DNA of 24,000 nt. Source: Desulfuromonas sp. DDH964 (GTDB taxonomy: Bacteria > Desulfobacterota > Desulfuromonadia > Desulfuromonadales > DDH964). Below, piece after piece: positions 6,973 to 13,942 of this stretch (position 1 is the stretch's first letter; the number at the start of each line of letters is the position of its first letter). The position numbers were made by a program, and so were the translations under genes. The stretch covers positions 3,066,956 through 3,090,955 of the forward strand of contig NZ_CP015080.1 of NCBI RefSeq assembly GCF_001611275.1, read 5' to 3'. The notes below the pieces were generated by a model. It saw only the letters and a list, made by a program, of their open reading frames with translations. It was not told the origin of the DNA and did no database searches.

Positions 6973-8499
6973 ATGCGCAAGATCAAGGACGTTCTGCGTC
7001 TGCATTACGAAGCCGGCCTGACACAGCGGGCCATCGCCCGCTCCGTCGGCACGTCACACACCACGGTGGGCGAATTTCTGAGACGCGCCGCTCACGCCGG
7101 GTTGTCTTGGCCGCTGCCAGAGAATCTGGACGAAACCCGACTTGAACAGTTGCTCTTTCCGCCAGCGCCAGTCATTCCCGCCGACCAGCGCCCCATGCCC
7201 GACTGGGCGACCATCCATCAGGAACTCAAGCGCAAGGGCGTCACCCTGGGGCTGCTCTGGGAGGAATACCAGAACAGCCATCCCGAGGGGTATCGCTACA
7301 GCCGTTTCTGCGATCTGTACCGTGAGTGGTCCGGCAAACTGCGTCTGTCGATGCGTCAGGTGCACAAAGCCGGCGAGAAGCTGTTTGTCGACTACACCGG
7401 CCAGACCCTGCCGATCGTCGACCGCCGCACCGGCGAGATCCGCGAAGCGCAACTGTTCGTCGCGGCCCTGGGGGCGAGTTCCCAGACGTTTGCCGAAGCC
7501 ACCTGGACCCAAGGGCTGCCGGACTGGATCGGCTCGCATGTCCGGGCCTTCTCCTTCTACGGCGGAGTGCCCGAGATCGTTGTTCCGGACAACCTGAAAA
7601 GCGCCGTCTCCAAACCCTGCCGCTACGAACCGGACATCAACCCCACCTATGCGGAGCTGGCCGCTCACTATGGCTGCGCGGTGATTCCGGCGCGGGTGCG
7701 CAAACCCAAAGACAAGGCCAAGGTCGAGGCGGCGGTTCTGGTCGCCGAGCGCTTCATCCTGGCGCGGCTGCGCAACCGTACCTTCTTCAGTCTGGCCGAG
7801 GCCAACGCCGCCATTCGGGAGCTGGTGGAGCACCTCAACCGGCGCCCCTTCAAGAAGCTTCCCGGCTGCCGCCAGCAGCTCTTCGACACCCTGGAACGTC
7901 CGGCTCTGAATCCTCTGCCGGCGACCCCCTATACGTTCGCCGAATGGCGCCATGCGCGGGTCAACATCGATTACCATGCCGAAGTCGACCACCACTACTA
8001 CTCGGTCCCGTATGTGCTGGTGAAGCAGCAGCTCGACGTGCGCCTGACGGCGACCACCGTCGAATTTCTGCACAAAGGGCAACGGGTGGCCTCCCATGTC
8101 CGCTCCTCTGAGCGCGGTCGCCACACCACTCTCGGCGAGCACATGCCCAAAAGCCACAGGGAGTATGCCGAATGGACGCCGCAGCGCCTGGTTTCCTGGG
8201 CGGCCAAAACCGGACCGCACACCGCCGCCTTGGCAGAGAAGATCCTGGCCTCACGGGCCCATCCCCAGCAGGGCTACCGCAGCGTCCTGGGGCTGATCCG
8301 GCTGGCCAAGACCTACACGCCCGAGCGCCTGGAGGCGGCCTGCCAGCGGGCCCTGGCAACAAACGCCTGTCGCCTCAAGAGCGTCGCCTCGATCCTCAAA
8401 ACCGGACTGGACCGCCAGTCGCTCCCCGAGTCCACCGAGTCCCAACTCTCATTGCTGCCGAGTCACGACAACATCCGCGGCGCCGGCTACTACCACTGA
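6973..8499 (+). CDS. istA: IS21-family transposase IstA
   Basis: The track ORF 6943..8499 starts at a GTG. ATG 6973 (MRKIKDVLRLHYEAGLTQRAIARSVG...) has GAGG 6 nt upstream. It has an N-terminal HTH and a central DDE integrase-type region, and is followed by istB, the typical IS21 organisation. Confidence 0.9.
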   Translation: MRKIKDVLRLHYEAGLTQRAIARSVGTSHTTVGEFLRRAAHAGLSWPLPENLDETRLEQLLFPPAPVIPADQRPMPDWATIHQELKRKGVTLGLLWEEYQNSHPEGYRYSRFCDLYREWSGKLRLSMRQVHKAGEKLFVDYTGQTLPIVDRRTGEIREAQLFVAALGASSQTFAEATWTQGLPDWIGSHVRAFSFYGGVPEIVVPDNLKSAVSKPCRYEPDINPTYAELAAHYGCAVIPARVRKPKDKAKVEAAVLVAERFILARLRNRTFFSLAEANAAIRELVEHLNRRPFKKLPGCRQQLFDTLERPALNPLPATPYTFAEWRHARVNIDYHAEVDHHYYSVPYVLVKQQLDVRLTATTVEFLHKGQRVASHVRSSERGRHTTLGEHMPKSHREYAEWTPQRLVSWAAKTGPHTAALAEKILASRAHPQQGYRSVLGLIRLAKTYTPERLEAACQRALATNACRLKSVASILKTGLDRQSLPESTESQLSLLPSHDNIRGAGYYH

Positions 8500-8513
8500 C
8501 CAAGGAGACCACC

Positions 8514-9269
8514 ATGCTCAGCCACCCCACCGACGACAAACTGCGCGCCCTCAAGCTGACCGGCATGCTCAAGGCCCTTCAGGAACAGCGCCTTAGCGAG
8601 ACCGCCGATGCCTTGAGCTTCGAGGAGCGCCTCGGCCTGCTGGTCGACCGCGAGCAGACCGAGCGCGACAGCCGCCGGCTCACCACTCGCCTGCGCACGG
8701 CCCGGCTGCGTCAGAGCGCCTGCATCGAGGACCTCGACTGGAGGGCACCCCGGGGACTCGACCGCGACCTCGTGCTGGCGCTGGCCGGCGGTCGCTACCT
8801 CGCCAAGGGCCACAACATTCTCATCACCGGCCCCACCGGCGTCGGCAAGAGCTACCTCGCCTGCGCCTTGGCTCACAAGGCCTGCCGCCTCGGCTGCAAG
8901 ACCCTCTACCTGCGCCTGCCCCGCTTCCTGGAGGAACTGGCCCTCGCGCGGGCCGACGGCCGCTACCCCAAGATGATGGATAGAGTCGCCAAGACTCAAC
9001 TGCTCGTCCTCGACGATTGGGGGCTCGCCCCCATGACCGCCGCCGGTTGCCGCGATCTGCTCGAAATCCTCGAGGACCGCCACAATCTGCGTTCGACCCT
9101 GATCACCAGCCAGCTTCCGGTCGAAGCCTGGCACGACTACCTCGGGGATCCGACGGTCGCCGACGCCATCCTCGACCGCCTCATCCACAACGCCTACCGG
9201 CTCACCTTGAAAGGAGAATCGATGCGCAAACGGCGATCCCAGCTTGACCCGATCGGCAACTTGGCGTAA
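8514..9269 (+). CDS. istB: IS21-family helper ATPase IstB
   Basis: ATG 8514 follows AAGGAG at 8502-8507. Walker A is GPTGVGKS and Walker B is LLVLDDWG. The longer track ORF from 8172 is an upstream-extended shadow. Confidence 0.92.
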   Translation: MLSHPTDDKLRALKLTGMLKALQEQRLSETADALSFEERLGLLVDREQTERDSRRLTTRLRTARLRQSACIEDLDWRAPRGLDRDLVLALAGGRYLAKGHNILITGPTGVGKSYLACALAHKACRLGCKTLYLRLPRFLEELALARADGRYPKMMDRVAKTQLLVLDDWGLAPMTAAGCRDLLEILEDRHNLRSTLITSQLPVEAWHDYLGDPTVADAILDRLIHNAYRLTLKGESMRKRRSQLDPIGNLA

Positions 9270-9300
9270 GACAAAAACTCCAGCGTCGCTACGCTCCGAT

Positions 9301-9368
9301 CACTGGCAACTTTGCCTTGGAACGAGTGGCAACTTTGCGCTGGAACGGCTGGCAACTTTCATCGGAAT
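9301..9368 (+). repeat. Three subterminal ~23-bp repeats at the IS21 right end (inverted relative to the left-end repeats)
   Basis: Units are cactggcaactttgccttggaac, gagtggcaactttgcgctggaac and ggctggcaactttcatcggaat. Their reverse complements match the attccga...aa(a/c)tt(t/g)cca pattern of the left end. Confidence 0.9.
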
Positions 9369-9378
9369 CCGCAACTCT

Positions 9379-9573
9379 TATGCGCGCTTTACTATCCCGG
9401 TGTTTTTAGACAAGGACAAGGACGGAAAACTAGCATCAGAATCACACCTGAATATCATTTCTAACGCAGATTCTCTCTTGATGGTTGGCATTCCTCAGAA
9501 CATTAAGGCGAACATGGAGCGTGTGAAAAATAATAGCTTCGGAACTAGCGCATTTGATTTAAAGGTAAATAAT
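9379..9573 (+). pseudogene. Lipoprotein gene, middle fragment (YARFTIPVFLDKDKDGKL...SAFDLKVNN)
   Basis: Same frame as 6442..6705 after IS excision. The track ORF 9244..9621 is a chimera of the IS21 end, this fragment and read-through into the 100-bp element. Confidence 0.75.
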
Positions 9574-9670
9574 GAACTACCCCGCAGCAAGCTACGGGGT
9601 ATCAACAGCCTACACCCTTAGTAAAAATCGCGCAGCAAGCTGCGGGGAATTGAACCCAACTTTTGATTAA
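9571..9670 (+). repeat. 100-bp element, copy 2 (mini-ORF 9572..9670)
   Basis: Identical to 5913..6012. It lies inside or at the end of the lipoprotein reading frame. AAAGG sits 7-11 nt upstream of its ATG. Confidence 0.9.
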
Positions 9671-9851
9671 AGTAAACAACGATACGGGAAAAGAATTTCC
9701 ATTCAAAGTAATTGCTGCCTATGTTGAAAATCAGCCATACGTTTATGGCGACCTAACATCTAAAGGAAATGGATCTTTCACTGTAACGTTATCTGATGTT
9801 TCGGTCAGCAGTGCATTAGAGAATGGCACAGCTATGGTTTTAATCCGATAA
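9663..9851 (+). CDS. Small ORF (62 aa, TTG start). Either an independent gene or the 3' fragment of the disrupted lipoprotein gene
   Basis: MIKVNNDTGKEFPFKVIAAYVENQPYVYGDLTSKGNGSFTVTLSDVSVSSALENGTAMVLIR. There is no RBS, and the start lies inside the 100-bp element. Its opening IKVNN echoes DLKVNN just before the element. Confidence 0.4.
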   Translation: MIKVNNDTGKEFPFKVIAAYVENQPYVYGDLTSKGNGSFTVTLSDVSVSSALENGTAMVLIR

Positions 9852-9870
9852 TTTATACCAAGGTGGCGAC

Positions 9871-10113
9871 ATGTTTTTAACAATAAACATAACTGATGTT
9901 GAAGACGCGCTAACTCTCAAGAACGGACAATTCATTGAGGCAGTGTTTACTCATGCGTTAGAAATCGTAAATGCTGGTGGCCGCATCATCATTCAGAGGG
10001 AATACATCAATGCACCTCCAACCCTTCTTGATACCTTCACGACCCAGGCGGATTTGGATGGCTGGAAATCGAGAATTGACGATATTCTTTCATGCCTGGA
10101 TGAACAGCAATGA
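9871..10113 (+). CDS. Hypothetical protein (80 aa)
   Basis: ATG follows AAGGTGG. The stop overlaps the next start (ATGA at 10110-10113). I recognise no motif. Confidence 0.6.
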   Translation: MFLTINITDVEDALTLKNGQFIEAVFTHALEIVNAGGRIIIQREYINAPPTLLDTFTTQADLDGWKSRIDDILSCLDEQQ

Positions 10114-10472
10114 TCGAAATCGGGTTTGTCAATGATTGTATTTCGGAGCTGCAATCCTGCCTGGATCAAGGACCTATCGTTTTTTATCAGGGGAAGGAGC
10201 TTCGCAGCCTCAATGAAGAGGTAGTCGGCCGCATCGGCGGGTTGAGAGTGACCATACGCGCCGACGAACACCCCCCACCCCATTTTCATGTCGAGTATAA
10301 CGGCGAAAACAATAGCTTCAGCATCGAAGATGGGGCACCTCTTTATCCAAGCAACGGACTGAAACAGTATTTCCGAAACATCAACAAGTGGCACTCTAAT
10401 AACCGTGCCACCTTGGTTGCTACTTGGAATCGAATGCGGCCGCACAACTGTCCGGTCGGCCCAATCCAGTAG
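10110..10472 (+). CDS. DUF4160 domain protein
   Basis: ADEHPPPHFHVEYNGENNSFSIEDG...NKWHSNNRATLVATWNR matches the E-x-x-PPHFHV...W...L...W signature of DUF4160. It carries ~35 extra N-terminal residues compared with typical members. Confidence 0.7.
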   Translation: MIEIGFVNDCISELQSCLDQGPIVFYQGKELRSLNEEVVGRIGGLRVTIRADEHPPPHFHVEYNGENNSFSIEDGAPLYPSNGLKQYFRNINKWHSNNRATLVATWNRMRPHNCPVGPIQ

Positions 10473-10479
10473 CTTATCT

Positions 10480-10821
10480 TTATACCCGGGCCAGAACGGC
10501 TTTGCCGCAGGCATCGATGGAGGGGTATTCGTCGCTCTCGGTGATCTCGGAAAAGACCCCGTCGTAGGGAGAGCGGGACAGCCGGTGGTATTCGAGAAAA
10601 TCCGCCGGAAGCGAAGTGGCCCCGGCCTCAACCAAACGGTTGACCACCCAGGCAGCCTCATCCTTGCGGTCGGCAAGCCCGTTCGGTCCCCGGTCGAGGT
10701 AGTACATCTCCACATCCAGGCCGGGTCCCGGCCCCTGAACCCAGACGCCCACGGACACGTATTCCGGGACGGTGGCTTGCCGGTCGGCGAGTATCGAGTC
10801 GATCATATAGCGCAGTTTCAT
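10480..10821 (-). CDS. Hypothetical protein (113 aa), last gene of a coupled operon
   Basis: The start overlaps the upstream stop (ATGA at 10818-10821). No recognisable motif. Confidence 0.6.
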   Translation of the reverse strand: MKLRYMIDSILADRQATVPEYVSVGVWVQGPGPGLDVEMYYLDRGPNGLADRKDEAAWVVNRLVEAGATSLPADFLEYHRLSRSPYDGVFSEITESDEYPSIDACGKAVLARV

Positions 10822-11330
10822 GACCAGTCCTCCGCGATCCGGAGATGTTCGGCCAGAAGCTGGTCGTCGATCCGGCGGAATCTCTCGGCATTTTTCCGGC
10901 GGTAGGCGGTCCAGCGTTGCCAGTCCGCCGCGAGCTCTGGCTCCGAGACCGGCTCGATCATTTCGACATGGTGAATCCGGCCCAGATCGTCGGTCAGCTC
11001 GACAATCAGCCAGCCTTCGGCCTCCTTGCCGTCATGTTCGGCCATCAGGGTGTCTTCGACCCGGACATCGACCACTTTGATGGTGTGGGCGTGCTGAAAA
11101 CCCTCGTCGTAACCGAGCGCCTTCCACAACAGCCAGAAATCGGTGCGCAGATGGTTGCCAGCGGTGTCGAAATGGGGTGCGATCCGGGTGACGGTGAAGC
11201 TGTCCACCAGGGTATCCAGAAAGAGATCCCCGGATTCCCTTACGGTCATGCGGCTGCCCCGGTTGTTGAACCAGTGCAGCGCTTCCTGCAGCCGCTGTTT
11301 CTCTTGTTCGATAAAGTTTTTCATGGTCAT
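10818..11330 (-). CDS. Hypothetical protein (170 aa)
   Basis: ATGA overlaps at both ends (11327-11330 and 10818-10821). No recognisable motif. Confidence 0.65.
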   Translation of the reverse strand: MTMKNFIEQEKQRLQEALHWFNNRGSRMTVRESGDLFLDTLVDSFTVTRIAPHFDTAGNHLRTDFWLLWKALGYDEGFQHAHTIKVVDVRVEDTLMAEHDGKEAEGWLIVELTDDLGRIHHVEMIEPVSEPELAADWQRWTAYRRKNAERFRRIDDQLLAEHLRIAEDWS

Positions 11331-11641
11331 TGTTTGCGTTTGCTCCAGCTTTGAGGAGTATGGACGATGTCCTCCACCTTGCGCCCGTCGGGTAGTTTCT
11401 TGATGCCGCGCCGGGTGAAACTCTGGATGATCTCCCGGCGTTCGTTGTCGCTTCTGGCGACGATGAATTCGATGTTGTCCAGCAGCGTCACCGAGTATTT
11501 GAAGATGGTCTCGTTACCATGGCGCTGCGAGAACCGCTTCCAGTCGTCGATGCTGGCCCCCCGGTTGCGCTGCACGTAGTCATCAATCACCTTGCCGTAG
11601 GCGTCATGGTCATAACTGATAGCGTCCATGCGCCGCAGCAT
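11327..11641 (-). CDS. Hypothetical protein (104 aa as called); the frame stays open upstream to the IS junction at 11692, so it is probably 5'-truncated
   Basis: No Shine-Dalgarno precedes ATG 11641 (cttcaagaaacagATG). The 17 upstream codons (KKQPASDASPALYFKKQ) are open and end exactly at the left end of IS copy B. Confidence 0.6.
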   Translation of the reverse strand: MLRRMDAISYDHDAYGKVIDDYVQRNRGASIDDWKRFSQRHGNETIFKYSVTLLDNIEFIVARSDNERREIIQSFTRRGIKKLPDGRKVEDIVHTPQSWSKRKQ

Positions 11642-11692
11642 CTGTTTCTTGAAGTAGAGGGCCGGTGAGGCGTCGCTGGCCGGTTGCTTCTT

Positions 11693-13393
11693 CCTGAATC
11701 AGTGAGCTTACAATCGTAATTTCTTGTTTTATCTTTGACAATTAGCTGATTTTGTTGATCTTTTCTGCTATTATAGAGCCGCCTCAAACTTCACCCAAGG
11801 AGATTTTTTCGTGACGTTTCCGCGGTTCAACATCGAGCAGTCCGACAGCGAATTCTACACCTCCCAGTCCGGCGTGGCCCTGGTCGGCCTGGCGGTCAAC
11901 AGGTTCACGTCGTTAAACTCGCGGGTCAACAAGGCGGCGCCCTGCAAGGGCGTTGCCACGGCCGATGTGCTGCGTTGCTATCTCGGCCTGCTCTGCCAGG
12001 GCAAGAGCGACTTCGAGGCGATCCGGCCTTTTTTCGAGGATGACGAGTTTTTCGCTGCGGCCCTCGGCGTCAACAAGGTCCCGTCACCGGAGACCCTGCG
12101 TCAGCGAATGGATGCCGTCGCCGAGGCGACGATGCGCATTGTCGACTTCTGTACGGTTGAGTTTCTCAAAAAAGCCAAGGCCGAGTTCTCGACGCTTGAG
12201 ACCGGGCACATGCCGCTGGATTTGGACGTCTTCACCCAGGACAACTCCAACACCAAGAAAGAGGGGGCCTCCTGGACCTACCGCAAGTTCCACGGCTTCG
12301 CCCCGATCGCCGCCTGGCTGGGCTTGGAGGGGTGGTGTCTGGAGATCGAGCACCGTCCCGGGTCCCAGCATGCCCAGGAGGGCTTTGTCCCCTTTTTGCT
12401 GCGGGCGATTCACAAAAGCCGGCAGTTGACCGAAGCTCCCCTGCTGGTGCGACTGGACAGCGCCCACGATGCCATTGCGACTCTGGTGGCTCTCAAGGAA
12501 GAGAAGGTCGACTTCATCGTCAAGTGGAATCCCCGAGGGACCGACGTGCCGGCCAGAGCCAGCGAGGTCTTTGCCCACGGCAAGATGATCAAGCAGGATA
12601 AGACCGGCCGCATCGCCATCATGACGGAAACGGTCGAGCGCGCCTTCAAGGATGAGGATGACAAGTACCAGACTCTCAAGGTCCGCCGTGTGCTGCGGGC
12701 CACGGAACGCTATTTCGAAAAAGACGGCACCCCGCTGCTGGTCCCGGACATTGAAATCGAGGGCTGGTGGACCAGCCTCTCAAGCGCCAAGGACAAGGTG
12801 ATCGAACTGTACAAGGGACACGCCCTGTGCGAGCAGTATCACTCCGAGCTTAAAAGCGATATGGATCTGGAACGTCTGCCGTCAGGCAAGTTCGCCACCA
12901 ACACCCTGGTCATGCACTGTGCCGGGCTGGCCTACAACATTCTGCGGGCTGTGGGCCAGGTCGGCCTGATGACCGGCAAGCAGCGTCGGCGGGCCAAACA
13001 ACGCCGCCGGCTCAAGACGGTGATTCAGGACCTGGTCTACTTCGCCGGGCGCTTCATCCGCCACGCGCACGCCCTGACGTTGCGCTTCAGTCGGCATGCG
13101 CATGATCAGTATGACGCCTTCAGCAGAACCTACCGACGGTTCGCTTATGGCTGACCGGAACCGAGACAATCAGGGCACGGAACAACCCCACCATCAGGTT
13201 GGGGTCGCCATCGCTCGCCCTGAAACAGACACAGAGAGGCCGCACCATGTAAAAATCAGCTGAATTGTCAAAGAACAGCTCCGTCAACCTGAAAAAACAA
13301 TCCGGACGGACGGTGTGACACTCAATAAGGCTCGCGAAAAAGGCCTCGCGAGACAAAAACCAGAGGTACGAACTGCTACATCACTGATTCAGG
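11693..13393 (+). mobile_element. IS1380-family-like insertion sequence, copy B (1,701 bp)
   Basis: Same length and IRs as copy A (cctgaatcagtga... and ...tcactgattcagg). No target duplication (flanks ttctt and attca). Confidence 0.85.
11811..13154 (+). CDS. DDE transposase, IS4 superfamily / IS1380-like (copy B)
   Basis: 447 aa, differing from copy A at only 4 residues (A37S, A40N, I47V, C421R). Confidence 0.9.
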   Translation: MTFPRFNIEQSDSEFYTSQSGVALVGLAVNRFTSLNSRVNKAAPCKGVATADVLRCYLGLLCQGKSDFEAIRPFFEDDEFFAAALGVNKVPSPETLRQRMDAVAEATMRIVDFCTVEFLKKAKAEFSTLETGHMPLDLDVFTQDNSNTKKEGASWTYRKFHGFAPIAAWLGLEGWCLEIEHRPGSQHAQEGFVPFLLRAIHKSRQLTEAPLLVRLDSAHDAIATLVALKEEKVDFIVKWNPRGTDVPARASEVFAHGKMIKQDKTGRIAIMTETVERAFKDEDDKYQTLKVRRVLRATERYFEKDGTPLLVPDIEIEGWWTSLSSAKDKVIELYKGHALCEQYHSELKSDMDLERLPSGKFATNTLVMHCAGLAYNILRAVGQVGLMTGKQRRRAKQRRRLKTVIQDLVYFAGRFIRHAHALTLRFSRHAHDQYDAFSRTYRRFAYG

Positions 13394-13480
13394 ATTCAGA
13401 AAGAGAAGAGTGAGTAAAACAATAATTGCACCTATAATAGTCACTGAGACCAACATAGCGGTGTTGCGGGTAGCATTCAT
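13376..13480 (-). CDS. Small membrane-peptide ORF running into IS copy B (MNATRNTAMLVSVTIIGAIIVLLTLLFLN + 5 IS-encoded codons)
   Basis: My own translation; the ORF is below the track size cutoff. Its ATG at 13480 directly abuts the TAA of the upstream ORF. Exactly 29 codons precede the IS junction at 13394, and they contain one clear TM helix. Confidence 0.4.
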   Translation of the reverse strand: MNATRNTAMLVSVTIIGAIIVLLTLLFLNPESVM

Positions 13481-13891
13481 TTAGTTACCCTCGCAACAGT
13501 TTTTCTTATGGCACACCGTGATTATTGTTTCAGCCCAGGCTCTACAGTCATAGAGACCAAAAAGGTAAGAAGGCGGAATCATTCTTGCTTTTTGCAAAAC
13601 GCAAGAATCGTCAACGCACTTCAAGGGGCTTCCACAACTGACATCGTTACCCGGCTTTTCATTCAGGTCAACACCGCCAGGATGCAGGCCAATCCTTTGA
13701 CCATTAAGGGAAAATGGGGACAGATTTATTTTCTCTCCCCCACCTCCATAAACGACAAACCGCCCGCCGGATTCTACTCCGGTCGGGCGGCTCTGAAAAA
13801 TTGTCTCGATCTGGTCCTTGCCACGGCACCCCTCCGCTATTGCATGGGAATAGACCTCTCCTAAATACTTGCAAAGACCGCAGGCTGTCAA
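13481..13891 (-). CDS. Cys-rich hypothetical protein (136 aa, TTG start)
   Basis: AT-rich ORF. A His (RIGLHPGG) and a later LYDCRAWAETII block are faintly reminiscent of LRAT/NlpC-type thiol enzymes, but this is a weak match. The start codon and the strand choice (versus 13508..13864 +) are both uncertain. Confidence 0.4.
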   Translation of the reverse strand: MTACGLCKYLGEVYSHAIAEGCRGKDQIETIFQSRPTGVESGGRFVVYGGGGEKINLSPFSLNGQRIGLHPGGVDLNEKPGNDVSCGSPLKCVDDSCVLQKARMIPPSYLFGLYDCRAWAETIITVCHKKNCCEGN

Positions 13892-13942
13892 TCATTTTGG
13901 CAGGTTCCACGCTCTGCCCGGCCCTCACCTGTGTTTGTTGCC

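Larger units (their letters stand above)
6706..9373 (+). mobile_element. IS21-family insertion sequence (2,668 bp) with 5-bp target-site duplication ACTCT
   Basis: Termini are TGCGTATTCCGAG... (6706) and ...CATCGGAATCCGCA (9373), giving the 5'-TG/CA-3' ends. ACTCT occurs at 6701-6705 and 9374-9378. istA and istB lie inside, and both ends carry multiple subterminal ~23-bp repeats. Confidence 0.95.

Noticed and set aside
6594-6986. A cluster of small overlapping ORFs on both strands (6594..6791, 6616..6837, 6665..6868, 6686..6958, 6801..6986).
   Set aside because: They are generated by the six 23-bp subterminal repeats of the IS21 left end, and their peptide sequences are repeat echoes (GKFGSESVESL...).
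9244-9621. A 125-aa track ORF.
   Set aside because: It is a chimera: the end of istB and the IS21 right-end repeats, then the lipoprotein middle fragment, then read-through into the 100-bp element.
1279-13393. A composite transposon formed by the two IS1380-like copies.
   Set aside because: No matching target-site duplications exist at the outer flanks (tgtta versus attca) or at the inner ones. Each copy abuts a truncated gene, so independent insertions plus deletion or rearrangement fit better. Mobilisation as a unit remains possible but is unsupported.
13508-13864. A 118-aa plus-strand ORF opposite the Cys-rich ORF.
   Set aside because: It has no RBS and no context. The minus-strand ORF is favoured because its stop abuts the next ATG. 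This rejection is weak and either strand could be wrong.
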